The position numbers were made by a program, and so were the translations under genes. A stretch of DNA of 64,000 bases, from positions 361,902 through 425,901 of the forward strand of contig NIVC01000815.1 in the NCBI GenBank assembly GCA_002269645.1. The letters run 5' to 3'. Shown piece by piece: positions 37,595 to 49,779 of the stretch. The stretch's first letter is position 1. Each line of letters opens with the position of its first letter. The notes beneath the pieces are model-generated. The model was not told the origin of the DNA and made no database searches. It was given only the letters and a program-made list of their open reading frames with translations. This DNA is from Macrostomum lignano. Its lineage: Eukaryota.

Positions 37595-39493
37595 TCACAC
37601 GCTAGACGCGGGTCTGATTTTCTTAGAAAACAGTCGCATAAACAGCACCATGCCGACAAAGGTGACAGCAACTAGCGCAACCATGAACCACAGCAGCCAG
37701 TTGCACTGCCGGGCCAGCTGCTGGTCCAGCCGGCCCGATTCCGACTTCAGCCGGCCGTAATTCACGTCCGATAGGTCTGACAGCTGACGGATTTTGTCCA
37801 GATCGGCTCGGACAGTGTCCCCAGACATGCGGGCGGACTGTTTAAGCGACCTGGCCAAGCTGAGCATGTTCTCGGTGACGCTGTCCTGCAGGGCGCGCTC
37901 CTCGTCTGCTGCCGCACCTGCCGAGGCTGCTGCCGGCTTTGCTGGCGCAACGACCGGAGCGTCCTGCCGAGGCTTGGAGCGGTGCTCGGACTGGCTGAAG
38001 CTGAGCAGCTCGCGGCGGGCTTGAGTCTAAAAGATTAGACATTGGTGAGTAAAAGCAGGTGACCATCTGAGTCAAAGGGTGACCATCTGGGTCAAGGGGT
38101 GACTATCTGGGTCAAGAAAGACCATCTGGGTCAAGGGGTGGCCATCTGGGTCAAGGGGTGATCACCTGGGTCAAGGAGTGACCATCTCGGTCAAGGGGCG
38201 ACCATCTTGGTCAAGGGGTAACTATCTCGGTCAAGAAAGACCATCTGGGTCAAAGGGTGGCCATCTGGGTCAAGGGGTGGCCATCTGGGTCAAGGGGCGA
38301 CCATCTGGGTCAAGGGTGACTATCTGGGTCAAGAAAGACCATCTGGGTCAAAGGGTGACTATCTGGGTCAAGGGGTGGCCATCTGGGTCAAGGGGTGACC
38401 ATCTGGGTCAAGGGGTGACCACCTGGGTCAAAGGGTTCCATCTAGTTTAAGGGTGAGTGTCAGTAAAGACCCCCGAGCTTCACCTCCAAATGCGCCTTGC
38501 TCAGTGCCAGCACGTCCTTGGAGAACAGAACGTCACGCACGATTGATTCGTCGACGCCGCCGCCAGACGAAGACAGAGCAGCCCCGGTCTGCGCTTCAGT
38601 GCCGCCGCCGCTTGAGCCGTTGGAATTTGCCGCGGAAACGGCGGCTGCTGCAGCAGCGGCTACTGGCGCCGGCACCGATGAGAGGAGGTCGGTCTTCTCC
38701 TGCAGACTGGCCGACCGCTGCTCAGCGTCCAGAACGGACTGCAGCATTGTCAGGCGTTCTTCGTAGTACTTAATCCGAGCCTCGTCCGGCCGGAGAGGGC
38801 CTTCCAGCCGCTTTAGGTCGCCCAGGCGAGTGCGTAAGGACTGAGCAGAGCATGGGTGAGGGTGAGAGATTGGCCAGATATCCCCATCCTGACTTGCTAT
38901 CCTCATTTGAGATTGGCCAGATATACCCATCCTGACTTGCTATCCTCATTTGAGATTGGCCAGATATCCCCATCCTGACTTGCTGGGATCTTTATCCTCA
39001 TTTGAGATTGGCCAGATATCCCCATCCTGACTTGCTGGGATCTTTATCCTCATTTGAGATTGGCCAGATATCCCCATCCTGACTTGTTATCCTCATTTGA
39101 GATTGGCCAGATATCCCCATCCTGACTTGCTGGGATCTTTATCCTCATTTGAGATTGGCCAGATATCCCCATCCTGACTTGCTGGGATCTTTATCCTCAT
39201 TTGAGATTGGCCAGATATCCCCATCCTGACTTGCTGGGATCTTTATCCTCATTTGAGATTGGCCAGATATCCCCATCCTGACTTGTTATCCTCATTTGAG
39301 ATTGGCCAGATATCCCCATCATGAGATTTTTATCCTCATTCGAGATAGACACTACACACTAATAGACACTACTAACCTGAAGGTAGCGCCCAAATCGCCA
39401 ACCAGATGCAGCCCTGTCTCGCACCATCTCCTCCATGCGCCTGGCCAGTCTTGTAAAATTCACTTCAGCAGCGCTGCGCCTCTGTCCACCCAT
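37595..39493 (-). CDS. USE1: Vesicle transport protein USE1 (ER Qc-SNARE), ~301 aa
   Basis: Exons 39493-39377, 38840-38484, 38026-37595 (all phase 0, 906 nt). N-term EVNFTRLARRMEEM..WRF.RYLQ; C-term MLSLARSLK..NYGRLKSESGRL..NWLLWFM followed by a terminal TM helix, matching USE1. Confidence 0.9.
38058..38440. repeat. ~20-bp minisatellite (ggggtgaccatctgggtcaa), USE1 intron 2
   Basis: About 19 tandem copies fill nearly the whole intron. Confidence 0.95.
38865..39342. repeat. 43/52-bp minisatellite (tatcctcatttgagattggccagatatccccatcctgacttgctgggatctt), USE1 intron 1
   Basis: About 10 tandem copies fill nearly the whole intron. Confidence 0.95.
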
Positions 39494-42400
39494 CCTGCCT
39501 CTTTCTAAGTAATTTATAGCTAAGCTTATTGGAGTATCTAATAAAGCTTTTGTAGTTAATGAATTGTTAATGCTTGAAGTTAAATCTGAGCATATATATC
39601 CCAGAAAAGAATTTGGTGTATAAAAAGAATCAGGTCAATTGCTATGAGCATACTGACAGTTACAATTATAAAAATCTAAAGAAAAAGTACAAATGAACTA
39701 TACATTAAGAAGCATACATAGCATCTACTAAAGGATATAGCAAGGTCATAGAACATACAAGAAACTCAACTAAGAGCCTAATCAAAGAGTCTGAATAACA
39801 ATTTTGAATATAAAATTTTAGCATGGGTATATATTATTACATGATATATCAAAATCAAGATATATAGTATATTATACCTAAAAATCATGAATTGAAAGAT
39901 AGCAAGCAAAGTAAGGGCCTATCAACTGAAGCTCATAAAGTGGAACCTGAATAACTTATGTATTCAAATGATAGGTCATTCTGCTCACAGTGATACTAGG
40001 AAGCTGGGTTTGGTAAAAAATGTTATAAAAATTGGACCTGGGATAGTTAGAGACAATAAGGATTTTCACTGGATGATAATAAACTATTATTGTTTTCAGA
40101 GAAATGGCTTTTTCATTTTTGATTGTTTTTCTTTTTAATAGGGGCCTAGGTCCAAAGTCAAGAAAGTGGCATAGTGTGCACCAGAATAATTTTTTGGGAC
40201 AATCTGTGTGCTATCTATGTGCCATTTGTGCGCCATCTGTGCACCATGTTTCAAAGCTATTGCTTCTTGCTCTATTGCCTTTGTATGAGAGTCAAGAGTT
40301 AAGACAATGATGTGCATTAATCCATATAAAAAATACAAATAAATTAAACATTTGCTACCTTGGCTTTAGTCCAGAATAGGTCCTATCACAGTCTATTATA
40401 AGAAAAACAAGTAGCTTGATTAGGCATTAGTTATAGCAAAAATGGTAAAATGTTCTTTTATAGTCCTTTTATGCATTTTAAACCTAAGACTAAATTTTTA
40501 GATATTAGGCATATTGCAACTTAGATACAGGGTGGTCTATAGGCCTAGATATAATGGGATAGTAAGGGTTGCTTATTCCACTAGGTATTATTGCAAAGTT
40601 TTTGCTACTTTCCTTAGCTATATTAGATTTATTTTTATCAATTAAAGTATAGGATAAAACTATAAAAGTTAAACAATATATAAGGGGACTAAGCATATAA
40701 ATTGATTAAATAAAAAATATCAAAAATAAGTGAGATGGCTAAGCCTACTAGATCTGAGATCTCTATATAGTTATAGACCTAGCTATTAAAATAGGATTTA
40801 ATGCTACAAGTCTACAACTAGGCCGACATTATATTATATATAGCCATTGACAAAATTAAATGAATTCAATTTCTATTATTGCATTTTAATAATTCAATTT
40901 CATTTGTTAGCTAGACTGTCTAAGAGGGAGATAGACCCTTATTGGCATTCAGTAAGCCATGCCCATAACATAAGGGGCCATCCAGGTCATGGAGCCTGGA
41001 GGAAGACCAATAAAATTTGACTGAAAGTCACCAGTCAAAGGCACCATTTCTTTTAATGTTTATCGGCTATGTCCTAGGCAGTGCAACTGTTCCTTACCCC
41101 TAGATCCAGCCAGGTGGGAAGTGCCCCTCAGATCAGACTTCCTGGTAGGCCATAGCCCATACCATAGGCTTATATAGACCTATAGAATAGACCTACCTAC
41201 CAGTACCACAAGCCACGAGCAACCAAGTCATCCCTTACAAAATATAGTAAAAATCGTGTGCAACTTTATATTTACTTAGTTAATTAGGTTTTTAAACGCA
41301 CATCGTCTTATACGAGACTAGAGACTGTTAGTATATTATTTAATATATTACATCATTAGTTTTATTTGGATTCAGATAGCATCGATTCGACTCATTTATA
41401 AATTGTTTGCATTGCTGTTTTCTTGGAATAATAGGAGTTTAAATTAAATTATGCTTTACGTAGCATTCTAAGAATTATTTTAGGAACTAATATTTTTCAT
41501 AGGTTTTATTTTTCAGCTGAGGCTTTACGCTTGAAACAGCAGAAAATAGAAAGCTAAAAGTTATTTTAAGAAATGCAACAAATTTTTATGCTGAGTTTAC
41601 AATATTTTTAGTACGAAGAATAACATGTTTATCATATAGTGAATGGATAATTGAAATTACAAACTTGTTTTCAGTGTAGGCCCTATAGTGTGTATTGTAA
41701 AACATTCAAAAATTAATTAAGTAGCAAAATTCACGTGAAATGCTTATAAACATTGAATCAAAGACAATGGTGTTACCGTTGCATGGTTGTACCGTAAGTT
41801 TCCATAGGAGTGTGCTACGTCCTGACACAACGGTTTTAATTATAATATTGTACAGTGTATGCACATCCACATTCGTCTATTATATAAACTAATTGTTGCA
41901 AGTTTTTCTCACCATGTCGAAACGTTTTGCAGTTTTAGCATTCAATAGAGCAGCTATGCAAGGAACTACAGGTATAATTAAGGAGTTGTGGCTAAAATAT
42001 TTCAGCTCATCTTATTAATTGACATTCCTGTCGTTCAACATACAGCAACTTTAATAAAGAGCGCAGAAGGGTTAGCATAATACACGCGGAGAGTTTTCAT
42101 TGGCTGGCGGGAGAACTTGAAATTATCGATCGTGCAAGTTTTCTACGGTCGCGCGCGAGGATTGCAAAGTCACGCAGTGATTTAGCAATTGACACAGATT
42201 CGTTGGGCGCTACTACGAGTAAATGTTAAAATAAACTATTGGAGAATTTAAAATGAAAAATTGTAGAGAAACTGCAGTCCAACGGCCCTTTTGCGGGACC
42301 ACCTCAAACTGGCAACGTCACAGCGTCCTTTCCAATTTTCGCATTGAAGTCTCCTTGCTCCACCAAAACGTCCTTCCTTTTAATTGCTCTTGTAAAATTC

Positions 42401-42589
42401 ACCAGGTCTTCGTAGAGTTTGACAATCACATCCTCGCCGCAGTCATCGATCAGTAGGTCGTAGCATTTTCACATTGTTCCCGCAGCCCTTATTGCAATTA
42501 TATTTTGTCACTAATTAGTGGGACGCCTTCCGAAATAGAGTTTGGTTAACCATGAACTAGAAAATAGTGAATGCTCTTTTGTCATTCAT

Positions 42590-42800
42590 GCCTTCAAATC
42601 AAACTTTGTGTCCTGCCTCTGTTTTTCCTTCTCCGATTTCTTTCCAACGCATCTCAGGCCTTCCAAGGCTTTTACAGTCCGTCAGGCCATCTCAGCCAGA
42701 GGTTCCATCTTTCCACTCTGACGCAGCGATCGCACATTCCAACAAGTAACAATCGTGGTGATTACATGTACCTTCACCAGTCTCCTTCCCTTACTTTCCA
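42590..42800 (-). mobile_element. Degenerate non-LTR (RTE/LINE-like) APE endonuclease fragment
   Basis: Minus-strand frame reads VTCWNVRSLRQSGKMEPLAEMA*.., resembling the (G/T)WNVR(S/T)L..GK...LA.EM N-terminal motif of RTE-clade endonucleases; in-frame stop, no RT seen. Confidence 0.45.
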
Positions 42801-44184
42801 CTCCAGGGAGTCCATTTCCAGGGAGTTCAGAATTGGCAGCGCGCGGCCGTTGTTGACTCGTGCTAGATCGATTCGGTATATGATTGGTTGTCGTTGTCAT
42901 TTCATGGGTGTTTAGAACACAAATCAGTGGGGCCAATCTCCTCTCCTATTGGTGTGAAGGCCGTTGGCTCTAAGAAAAGCCAAGTGGGAGAGCCGGTTTA
43001 GTCACCCACTACCTGACCATGAACTCTATTTCGGAAGGCGTCCCACTACAGAAATAGCTAGCACCTTTGCTGGTTCACTGAGTGTTTTTTGCAATAGTCT
43101 GAAATCGAGCTTTATTACACGATTGCTACACAAAAATACGCCATACTGCATATGATTCTCGCGAGGGGTTTCGGCAAAAAAGTAAATGCTAATGCATTTG
43201 AATGTATGTAGTCACGTCCGTGTGGCATAAATGAATTTGCGCCAATGGAAAGATAGTGCACGGCTTGCAAGTGCAACAACGCCTAGGACCACGAGTGCGC
43301 GTGTCTCTATTATCATATAGACTAGCCAACAGTGGCTATTCATTTTTGTCTATGGCAATTTGCAAAGAACAGGGTTGAGGGAGGCAAGGAACATCTTTCT
43401 CTCCACTACAGCGCGATATTTTTTCGTCTCAGTGTGCGTTCATTTGAAAACATGATTCATCTGTCTCAATTCCCGGACAATTGCATAACCGGCTTGACTA
43501 CGGCGGAAATCGAGAAGCATGTAGAGCTCATGGACAGAAATTCGTTGATCGAGCGGACGATGTTCGATGATGAGCCGCTCCTACCTACTCTTCGTTAGCT
43601 ACTTAACAAATGGCAAGCGCAAGGCGAGCGAACTGGGCAAGATGTCCGACGCGTTGTCAGCATCGCTGTATGGAGCCAGTTCGTCTTCTGCGACCAACGA
43701 TAAGTCTGTGGCTATCGTCGGACCATCTGGCGATATGGATTCGGCGGGGGATGCTACGTCTATCTCCGAGGTCCCAAAGCGGGTGGCAAGTGTTGGAATG
43801 ACGACGTCAGTCCAAAATGTCAAGGTTGACGTTCAAGCATCTTCGGCCGATACTGTTCGACCGGAGCTACATATTCATCTGAGTGGTAGTTTCAGCAATT
43901 GCAACTTCAAATTCGGTGATCAGTGAGTACTGATGAATACTGAGTGAGTTACTGAGTTTTCGAGTTACTATTTGAGCACTGACTACTAGACAAAGAGCTC
44001 GTTAAAAATGTTCAAATATTTGCTACGTTTGCTTTTCGTAAAATATAAAGTTTGTGTTGTTGCATTCTTGCACGCTGAAAGCCGCCAGCGTGCATTTTTG
44101 GCGCATTATTGCACCCTAATTGTCAATTGTCTATGGTAAAATCTCCATTATTTTGACTCACTTGTTGGCTAAACTATATGATAA

Positions 44185-44666
44185 TGCAATTTCATCTGAA
44201 CTTGCTGTGCCAACGAACTCGGGCCATAAAAGGAGCACATTGCTATCTTATGTGGCAGGTTTTCTGGCTACGTAAACACGGCTTGCATTCCACGAAGCGG
44301 CCTTGGCAGGGCGAAGGGCTGTGCAGAGAAAGACAATGCAAAGAAAGATGGCTAACAGCAGCTGTAGTCAATGCCCCCCTCCCTATGCTTGAGAAGCGCC
44401 CAGCGGTGACAATTGAAAAAGCGGTAAAAATTTTTTATTGCACTTGGCCTAAAGACTCAAAAGAAAGCAGCCGCTCGTGAAGGCCATTGAGAAAACAGAA
44501 AAAAACAACTTGCGGAAAAACGTGCTGAGTTTATCTGCATAAATGCGAGACGCCTAAGAGAGCAGAACTCAACCAACAGCAAACGAGATATCTCTCAGCT
44601 TCTCAGCTTCATCAGGCTACACAACTCAACCAAGCAAGCATGAGATGGCAGTTCGTTCTCGGACTG
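44185..44666 (+). pseudogene. Truncated duplicate of the cationic-peptide gene (promoter, 5' UTR and first 9 codons MRWQFVLGL)
   Basis: Aligns by eye with 45502-45964 (shared tgcaatttcatctgaacttgc.., ..caagcaagcATGAG.TGGCAGTTCGTTCTCGGACT). ATG at 44640; the coding sequence runs into a microsatellite after codon 9 and soon reaches TAG. Confidence 0.8.
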
Positions 44667-45092
44667 GAACAGACTGGCACAGACCGGCACAGACAGGCAC
44701 ATACTGGCACACACTGGCACAGACTGGCACAGACTAGCACAGACTAGCACAGACAGGCACAGACAGGCACACACTGGCACAGACTGGCACAGACTAGCAC
44801 AGACAGGCACAGACAGGCGCACACTGGCACAGACTGGCACAGACAGGCACAGACAGGCACAGACAGGCACACACTAGCACAGACTGGCACAGACTGGCAC
44901 AGACAGGCACAGACAGGCACAGACAGGCACACACTGGCACAGACTGGCACAGACTAGCACAGACAGGCACAGACAGGCACACACTGGCACAGACTGGCAC
45001 AAACTGGCACAGACAGGCACAGACAGGCACAGGCAGGCACAGATTGGCACAGACTGTCACAGACTGGCACAGACAGGCACAGACAGGCACAG
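44667..45092. repeat. 10-bp tandem repeat (gcacagactg/gcacagacag)
   Basis: About 43 copies; explains the Cys/Val-rich minus-strand ORFs. Confidence 0.95.
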
Positions 45093-45835
45093 ACTGCTGC
45101 TTTCCTAGCTGCCCTTAGGTAGCTGCTGCAGAAGTGACAATGTACCATATCACCCTGTTGAGGCTGGAAAGCCAATGCTTTGGCTTTGTATTTATCGTGT
45201 GACAGCTCCATGGAACTGATGACCGTGGTCTCCCACAATGCATTGAGGCAGGGTGCCCTCAGCTCTTGCATTCGTACAGGTAAAAAACTCAATAAAATAG
45301 GAGCATTATATCGTACCAAGGTTAATACGATTATGAGATCCGTTCGTAATTCAGACTGGAAACTGAACTGCAAAAGCGATAAGCAAATCATAAAGGAATT
45401 CAATTCGATAGGAAATTTCCGAGCAGAACCAGTCGAAGCAGATTGAATCGAATCAGATTGCAGTTCCATGCAGTTCTTCTCAGTAAGCATCAATAATGCA
45501 GTGCAATTTCATCTGAACTTGCAGTGCCAACGAACTCGAGGCCATAATAAGAGCAAATTGCTATCTTATGTGGCAGGTTTTCTGGCTACGTAAATACGGC
45601 TTTTATTCCACGAAACTTTGCAGGGAAATACAATGCCAAAATGGCTAACAGTAGCTGCGGTCAATGCCACTCTATGCTTGAGAAGTGCCCAATTATGATA
45701 ATTGCAACAGCGTTCAAAGATATGAAAGCAATTTCATTGTTCTTGACCTGAGTCTAAAAGAGAGCAGCCGCTCGTGAAGGCCATTGCGAAAACAGAAAAA
45801 GAACAACTTGCGGAAAAACGTGCCGAGTTTCTCTG

Positions 45836-45870
45836 CATAAATATGAGACGCCTGAGAGAGCAGAACTCAA
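45836..45870 (+). promoter_or_regulatory. Candidate core promoter (CATAAATA TATA-like box plus initiator-like TCA) of the cationic-peptide gene
   Basis: CATAAATA at 45836-45843, TCA at 45867-45869 about 30 bp downstream, about 70 nt before the ATG; partly conserved in the upstream duplicate (CATAAAT). Confidence 0.45.
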
Positions 45871-45937
45871 CCAACAGCAAACGAGATATCTCTCAGCTTC
45901 TCAGCTTCATCAGACTACACAACTCAACCAAGCAAGC

Positions 45938-46213
45938 ATGAGGTGGCAGTTCGTTCTCGGACTCCTGCTGTGCGCAGCTCTGGCCGTCGCCAGACCCAGC
46001 CAGGAGATGTCGGAGGAGGACGCGGAGTCGATGGCGGCTCTGGAGGCTCTGGCTGACATGGACGAGCCGGAGATGACGGACGAGAAGGCTGCTGAGCTGC
46101 AGAAGAAGTGGCGCATCAGATTCCGTCGCATCCGCATCAGGTGGAGGCGGGTGTACCGCGTGGTTCGCACTGCCTACAGGATCTACCGCCACTTGCCGTT
46201 CCCAGGCAAGTAG
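45938..46213 (+). CDS. Secreted prepropeptide, candidate Arg/Trp-rich antimicrobial peptide (91 aa)
   Basis: Signal peptide MRWQFVLGLLLCAALAVA; acidic propiece with 13 D/E; dibasic KK; C-terminal WRIRFRRIRIRWRRVYRVVRTAYRIYRHLPFP-GK (12 Arg, no acidic residue, Gly-Lys amidation signal); GC-rich coding-like codons in an AT-rich context. Confidence 0.82.
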   Translation: MRWQFVLGLLLCAALAVARPSQEMSEEDAESMAALEALADMDEPEMTDEKAAELQKKWRIRFRRIRIRWRRVYRVVRTAYRIYRHLPFPGK

Positions 46214-48630
46214 GCCGCAGGTGCTCCGCTGCACCGACTGACCTCGGACACGGACCGGACTCTGCCCACCACTGCCGTCTTGATTTGCTGATGTTGATGT
46301 ACCGTATTTCCACGCTCAGAGTACTTCTTAAATTATATTTCTAATTATTTTTTAATTAGAAAAGTATACAACGGAAAAACATTATTCATTTATCACACTT
46401 CATATTCTTGTCTTCCTTTGATTGAAATATTGATCAAAGTGGTCAAAATCGCCATGTCACTCACAATTTCATGGTAAAAATAGTCTTCCGATGGGCGGGA
46501 CTCAGAGTGCTACTGAGCCGCAGTGAAAATTGAGTGCATTTTGGATCATGTGGGAAGTTATACTTATTTTATTTGTGCTTCGTTAAAGTCCTGGTTGGCT
46601 GATGCTGGAAATGTAAAAACCCCTAGTTTTGATTGAAACATCCTATACATCTTTGAATATTTTTATAGTCATGACCGTTGTCAACTGGATTCTTATTGCA
46701 TTTTGTTAAATTGTGTGCACCCAAGCTTCAAGTGTTTCGAAGAATTAGGCATCGAAAAATTTGTCAAGAGTGGGGATGGCGTCTTCCTCGTGCGGTTTTT
46801 TTATAGAAAAAATGAGTGGAAAAAGGCTCGACACTTCACTGCAGCATAAAGTTTTGTTCTGAAAGCACCTTTAATTGCATCTGGACGCAAAGCTTATATA
46901 AACCCAGCGTCCCAGAGTCACTTGCGTCGCCCCCAGAGTCTTTTCAGAGTCTTTGTAGGTAACGCAGGTAAAATAGGAAAGAAGTGACTCTAAATGACTT
47001 TAAGACAACGATATACGAGTATGTAACAGTGAAAGTCGCCCAAAAGTCGTCAAAGAGTTGCGACTCTCAAACGACACTGCATGGGACGACGCAAGAGACT
47101 TTGGGGCGCTTCTATAATGTCTCTGGGGCCATAGAGTCGTATCTGAGGCGTGCTGGAGTCGCTTTAGAATAACTGAGTTGCGTCTAAAGCGCATCTGCAT
47201 CAATTTATGAATTTGAATCGCATCTCGCATTTCTAACAACTCTGTTTAGTCTACTTGAGTTAGTAGAAAGTTAAGCGCTAACACAACGACTGTTGGACGA
47301 CTTGTTTTCGTGACTTTTCGCTTCATATGGGATTTCGTGCAATTTCGGGGTTCAGACTTTGGACTATGCTTTAACTACGATTAATTTGTTGAAGCTGGCT
47401 TAAGGGTCGTTTACATTGCCATCAAATCAAGTCGGTCACACGGCTTGTATACATAGTTTGTCGTCACTTTGACCATATCTCGTGTGATCCAACGGCTCAT
47501 TTTATGGCACTGTAAACGAGTCTTTAGGACACTGACCCTGTCACCAGCTAGGAGACAAATGGTCTTGTTGATTCCGCAGGCACAGACTCGCACAGGGTGT
47601 GCAGCGGTCCTGGCTTTCCGATCGTCAGGAGTGCACACTCTGTGCTAATTTGAGGCCATTTGAGGCAATTTGTTGCGGCCACACGCGGAAACAAACCCGG
47701 CCTGGAGAGTCGAACGCGTTACCGCTGAGCTGCTCTGTCGCAAAGGCTCTCTATTACAGTGTAATGTTTTAATTATCGGATTACAACTGGAACTTCCCAA
47801 ACCTGTCGCAGTCGGGAAGAAACTCTTAAACTGTACTTCTTAATCGGGCAGCTGTTGATCGACACGTCACCACCGCTTTCTCTCGAGCCATAGCTGCGAT
47901 GCTAAGAATGACAGGCGCTCGATATCACCTAGCAGCTTAGCTAGTGGCTCCTGACTGAGCAGCCATGTCTAGAGAAGTCCTATGCAAAGGCCTAACAGGC
48001 TTATAATATTTCTGCCTCACTATACTCTATTAAAAATAAACAAAGGAGGTCATATAACATCACTAATTTCATGCAGCCTCTCCTGGTTCTTGAACTGAAT
48101 TCCCGACTGTCCCAACTTTTCCTGGCCGGCCGAGCCCTATCGGAGACTGACAAAAGTGCAGTTCCAACAGATGTATAGCCAGAGGATTTTGCACTTTTCT
48201 TACAGTGCACACTGTGGCATCAGATAGCGAATTGCAAGCGAGTTGAGTTGCAATTCGATCATCGAACATGGCGATGCGTCGTAAAGCTGAGATGCGAGGG
48301 GCGCAGATCAGGCATCTAAATCTCTTTATCGGAAGTCCCCGCTGCCACGCAGGCCTTCCTCCGTTTCCTCCCATTCCGGAAAATACTTCGCATCGGTATA
48401 AAGGACTGGAATCCCGACATGACAGGTTTCAGCGCGTCGTTTTTGTTGTGGGTTGATGGCTTTGCCATAGACATTTTTGTTACGCGACTGCGTTGATGAA
48501 TTGAACCATGCTATTGAGTTATGAAATAAATAATAGACGCGTCAGAGGTCAGCAGACCGCTAGACTGACAATTGCTAAAGGCTAAAAGCCAAAAGCACAA
48601 CAGTGGCGTCGGCAAGCATAGGCTACGAAA

Positions 48631-49779
48631 ATGCCTGGAAGTACGCCAGCATCGCCAACTAAAGGAGTTGGTAAAACGGTTTCGAGCGACAAAGCACCAC
48701 CGCTTGCGATCTCGTCGAAATCAGTCCAAGCGACAAAGTCGGCAACAGCGACAGCGCAGAACCCAAGCGCACAAGTATCGAGAGGACAGCAAGTTGACAT
48801 CGAAAAACTCGATGAAAGTTCGAACTTCCAGAGGTGGTTGGACCGATTCACACTGTGCAGCGAACTCAACGGCTGGCAGGACGACACGAAAAACAAGCTG
48901 CTGCTGATGAAGCTCAGCACCAAGCTGTACGACGCATTGGCAGATCGAGCCGCTCCCAAGAAGCCGGGAGAAAAGAGCTTCGATGAACTGACCAAACTAC
49001 TGGCCAGCATCCTGGAACCAAAGACGTTCGTCATGGCTGAGAGATTCAATTTCCAGCATATCACTCGCACGGCATCAATGAGCATTCGTGAGTATGCACA
49101 GCAACTCTGCATGCAGGCAGACAAGTGTCAGTTTGGCCTATCCAGAGATGAGAGACTGAGAGATCAGCTCGTATTCGGTTTGAATGACAAGGTTGCCATC
49201 AGCAAGTTATTGGAACAGGACTTCAGCACTCTCACGTTTGAGACAGCTATCAACATCGCTGAGGCGCACCAGAACCTATCACAAACGCAAATACTAAAGG
49301 GTTGCACCAGTCAGCCGCAGTCTTCTGAAGTAATGAAAATTTCAGCATCGGTGACCAGAGGCTCCCATTCTACAAGCTCCAAGTGTGGCAGATGTGGCAC
49401 AATGCATGGCTCCAATGGAGGGTGTCCTGCGAAAGGAAAAACGTGCAACAAATGTGGCATGCAAAACCACTTCGCAACAGTTTGCAAAACGAAATCAACT
49501 GGTTTTGGCAAAGGCCGAAAATCGTTCAAAAGCCCGTCAGCATCTGGTCAATTTAGGCGAGCTGCAGTGTGCCCAAGGACCACAAGCTTTGTAGATGCAA
49601 GCGAAGCTGAACAGGAGGATTGTTTTCACATTCGACATCCCGTTGATAGCTACACCGTGCCTGTTAGGCTCAGACACACGAGCGGGTCGATGCTTAGCGT
49701 GAACGCACAAATCGATACTGGGGCAGGAGTTTCGGTAATGTCAAAAACGATCTGGAAACGATTGGGTTGTCCAAACTGA
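48631..49779 (+). CDS. Retrotransposon Gag with zinc knuckle and start of aspartic protease
   Basis: ERFNFQH..Q..I.EYAQQL..ADKCQF..LRDQLVFGL, CNKCGMQNHFATVC (CCHC), QIDTGAGVSVM (DTGA); frameshift near 49772. Confidence 0.9.
   Translation: MPGSTPASPTKGVGKTVSSDKAPPLAISSKSVQATKSATATAQNPSAQVSRGQQVDIEKLDESSNFQRWLDRFTLCSELNGWQDDTKNKLLLMKLSTKLYDALADRAAPKKPGEKSFDELTKLLASILEPKTFVMAERFNFQHITRTASMSIREYAQQLCMQADKCQFGLSRDERLRDQLVFGLNDKVAISKLLEQDFSTLTFETAINIAEAHQNLSQTQILKGCTSQPQSSEVMKISASVTRGSHSTSSKCGRCGTMHGSNGGCPAKGKTCNKCGMQNHFATVCKTKSTGFGKGRKSFKSPSASGQFRRAAVCPRTTSFVDASEAEQEDCFHIRHPVDSYTVPVRLRHTSGSMLSVNAQIDTGAGVSVMSKTIWKRLGCPN

Noticed and set aside
39500-42050. AT-rich region with short ORFs
   Set aside because: No coding bias, repeats or RNA-gene structure could be supported.
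45411-45420. Palindromic GGAAATTTCC, NF-kB-like site upstream of the peptide gene
   Set aside because: A single 10-mer about 525 bp upstream and outside the duplicated promoter block; chance occurrence cannot be excluded.
44595-45493. Cys/Val-rich minus-strand ORFs resembling metallothionein or keratin-associated proteins
   Set aside because: They are translations of the 10-bp repeat, open in several frames.
46870-47260. Short imperfect inverted motifs (cagagtcacttgcgtcgcccc / gggacgacgcaagagactttg)
   Set aside because: Possibly a decayed MITE, but the ends and TSD could not be defined.
47675-47735. tRNA-like sequence on the minus strand (AGCTCAGCGGTAACGCGTTCGACT..)
   Set aside because: Only the A-box/D-arm part resembles a tRNA; no proper T-arm (GTTCRA) or acceptor stem. 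At best a decayed SINE head.
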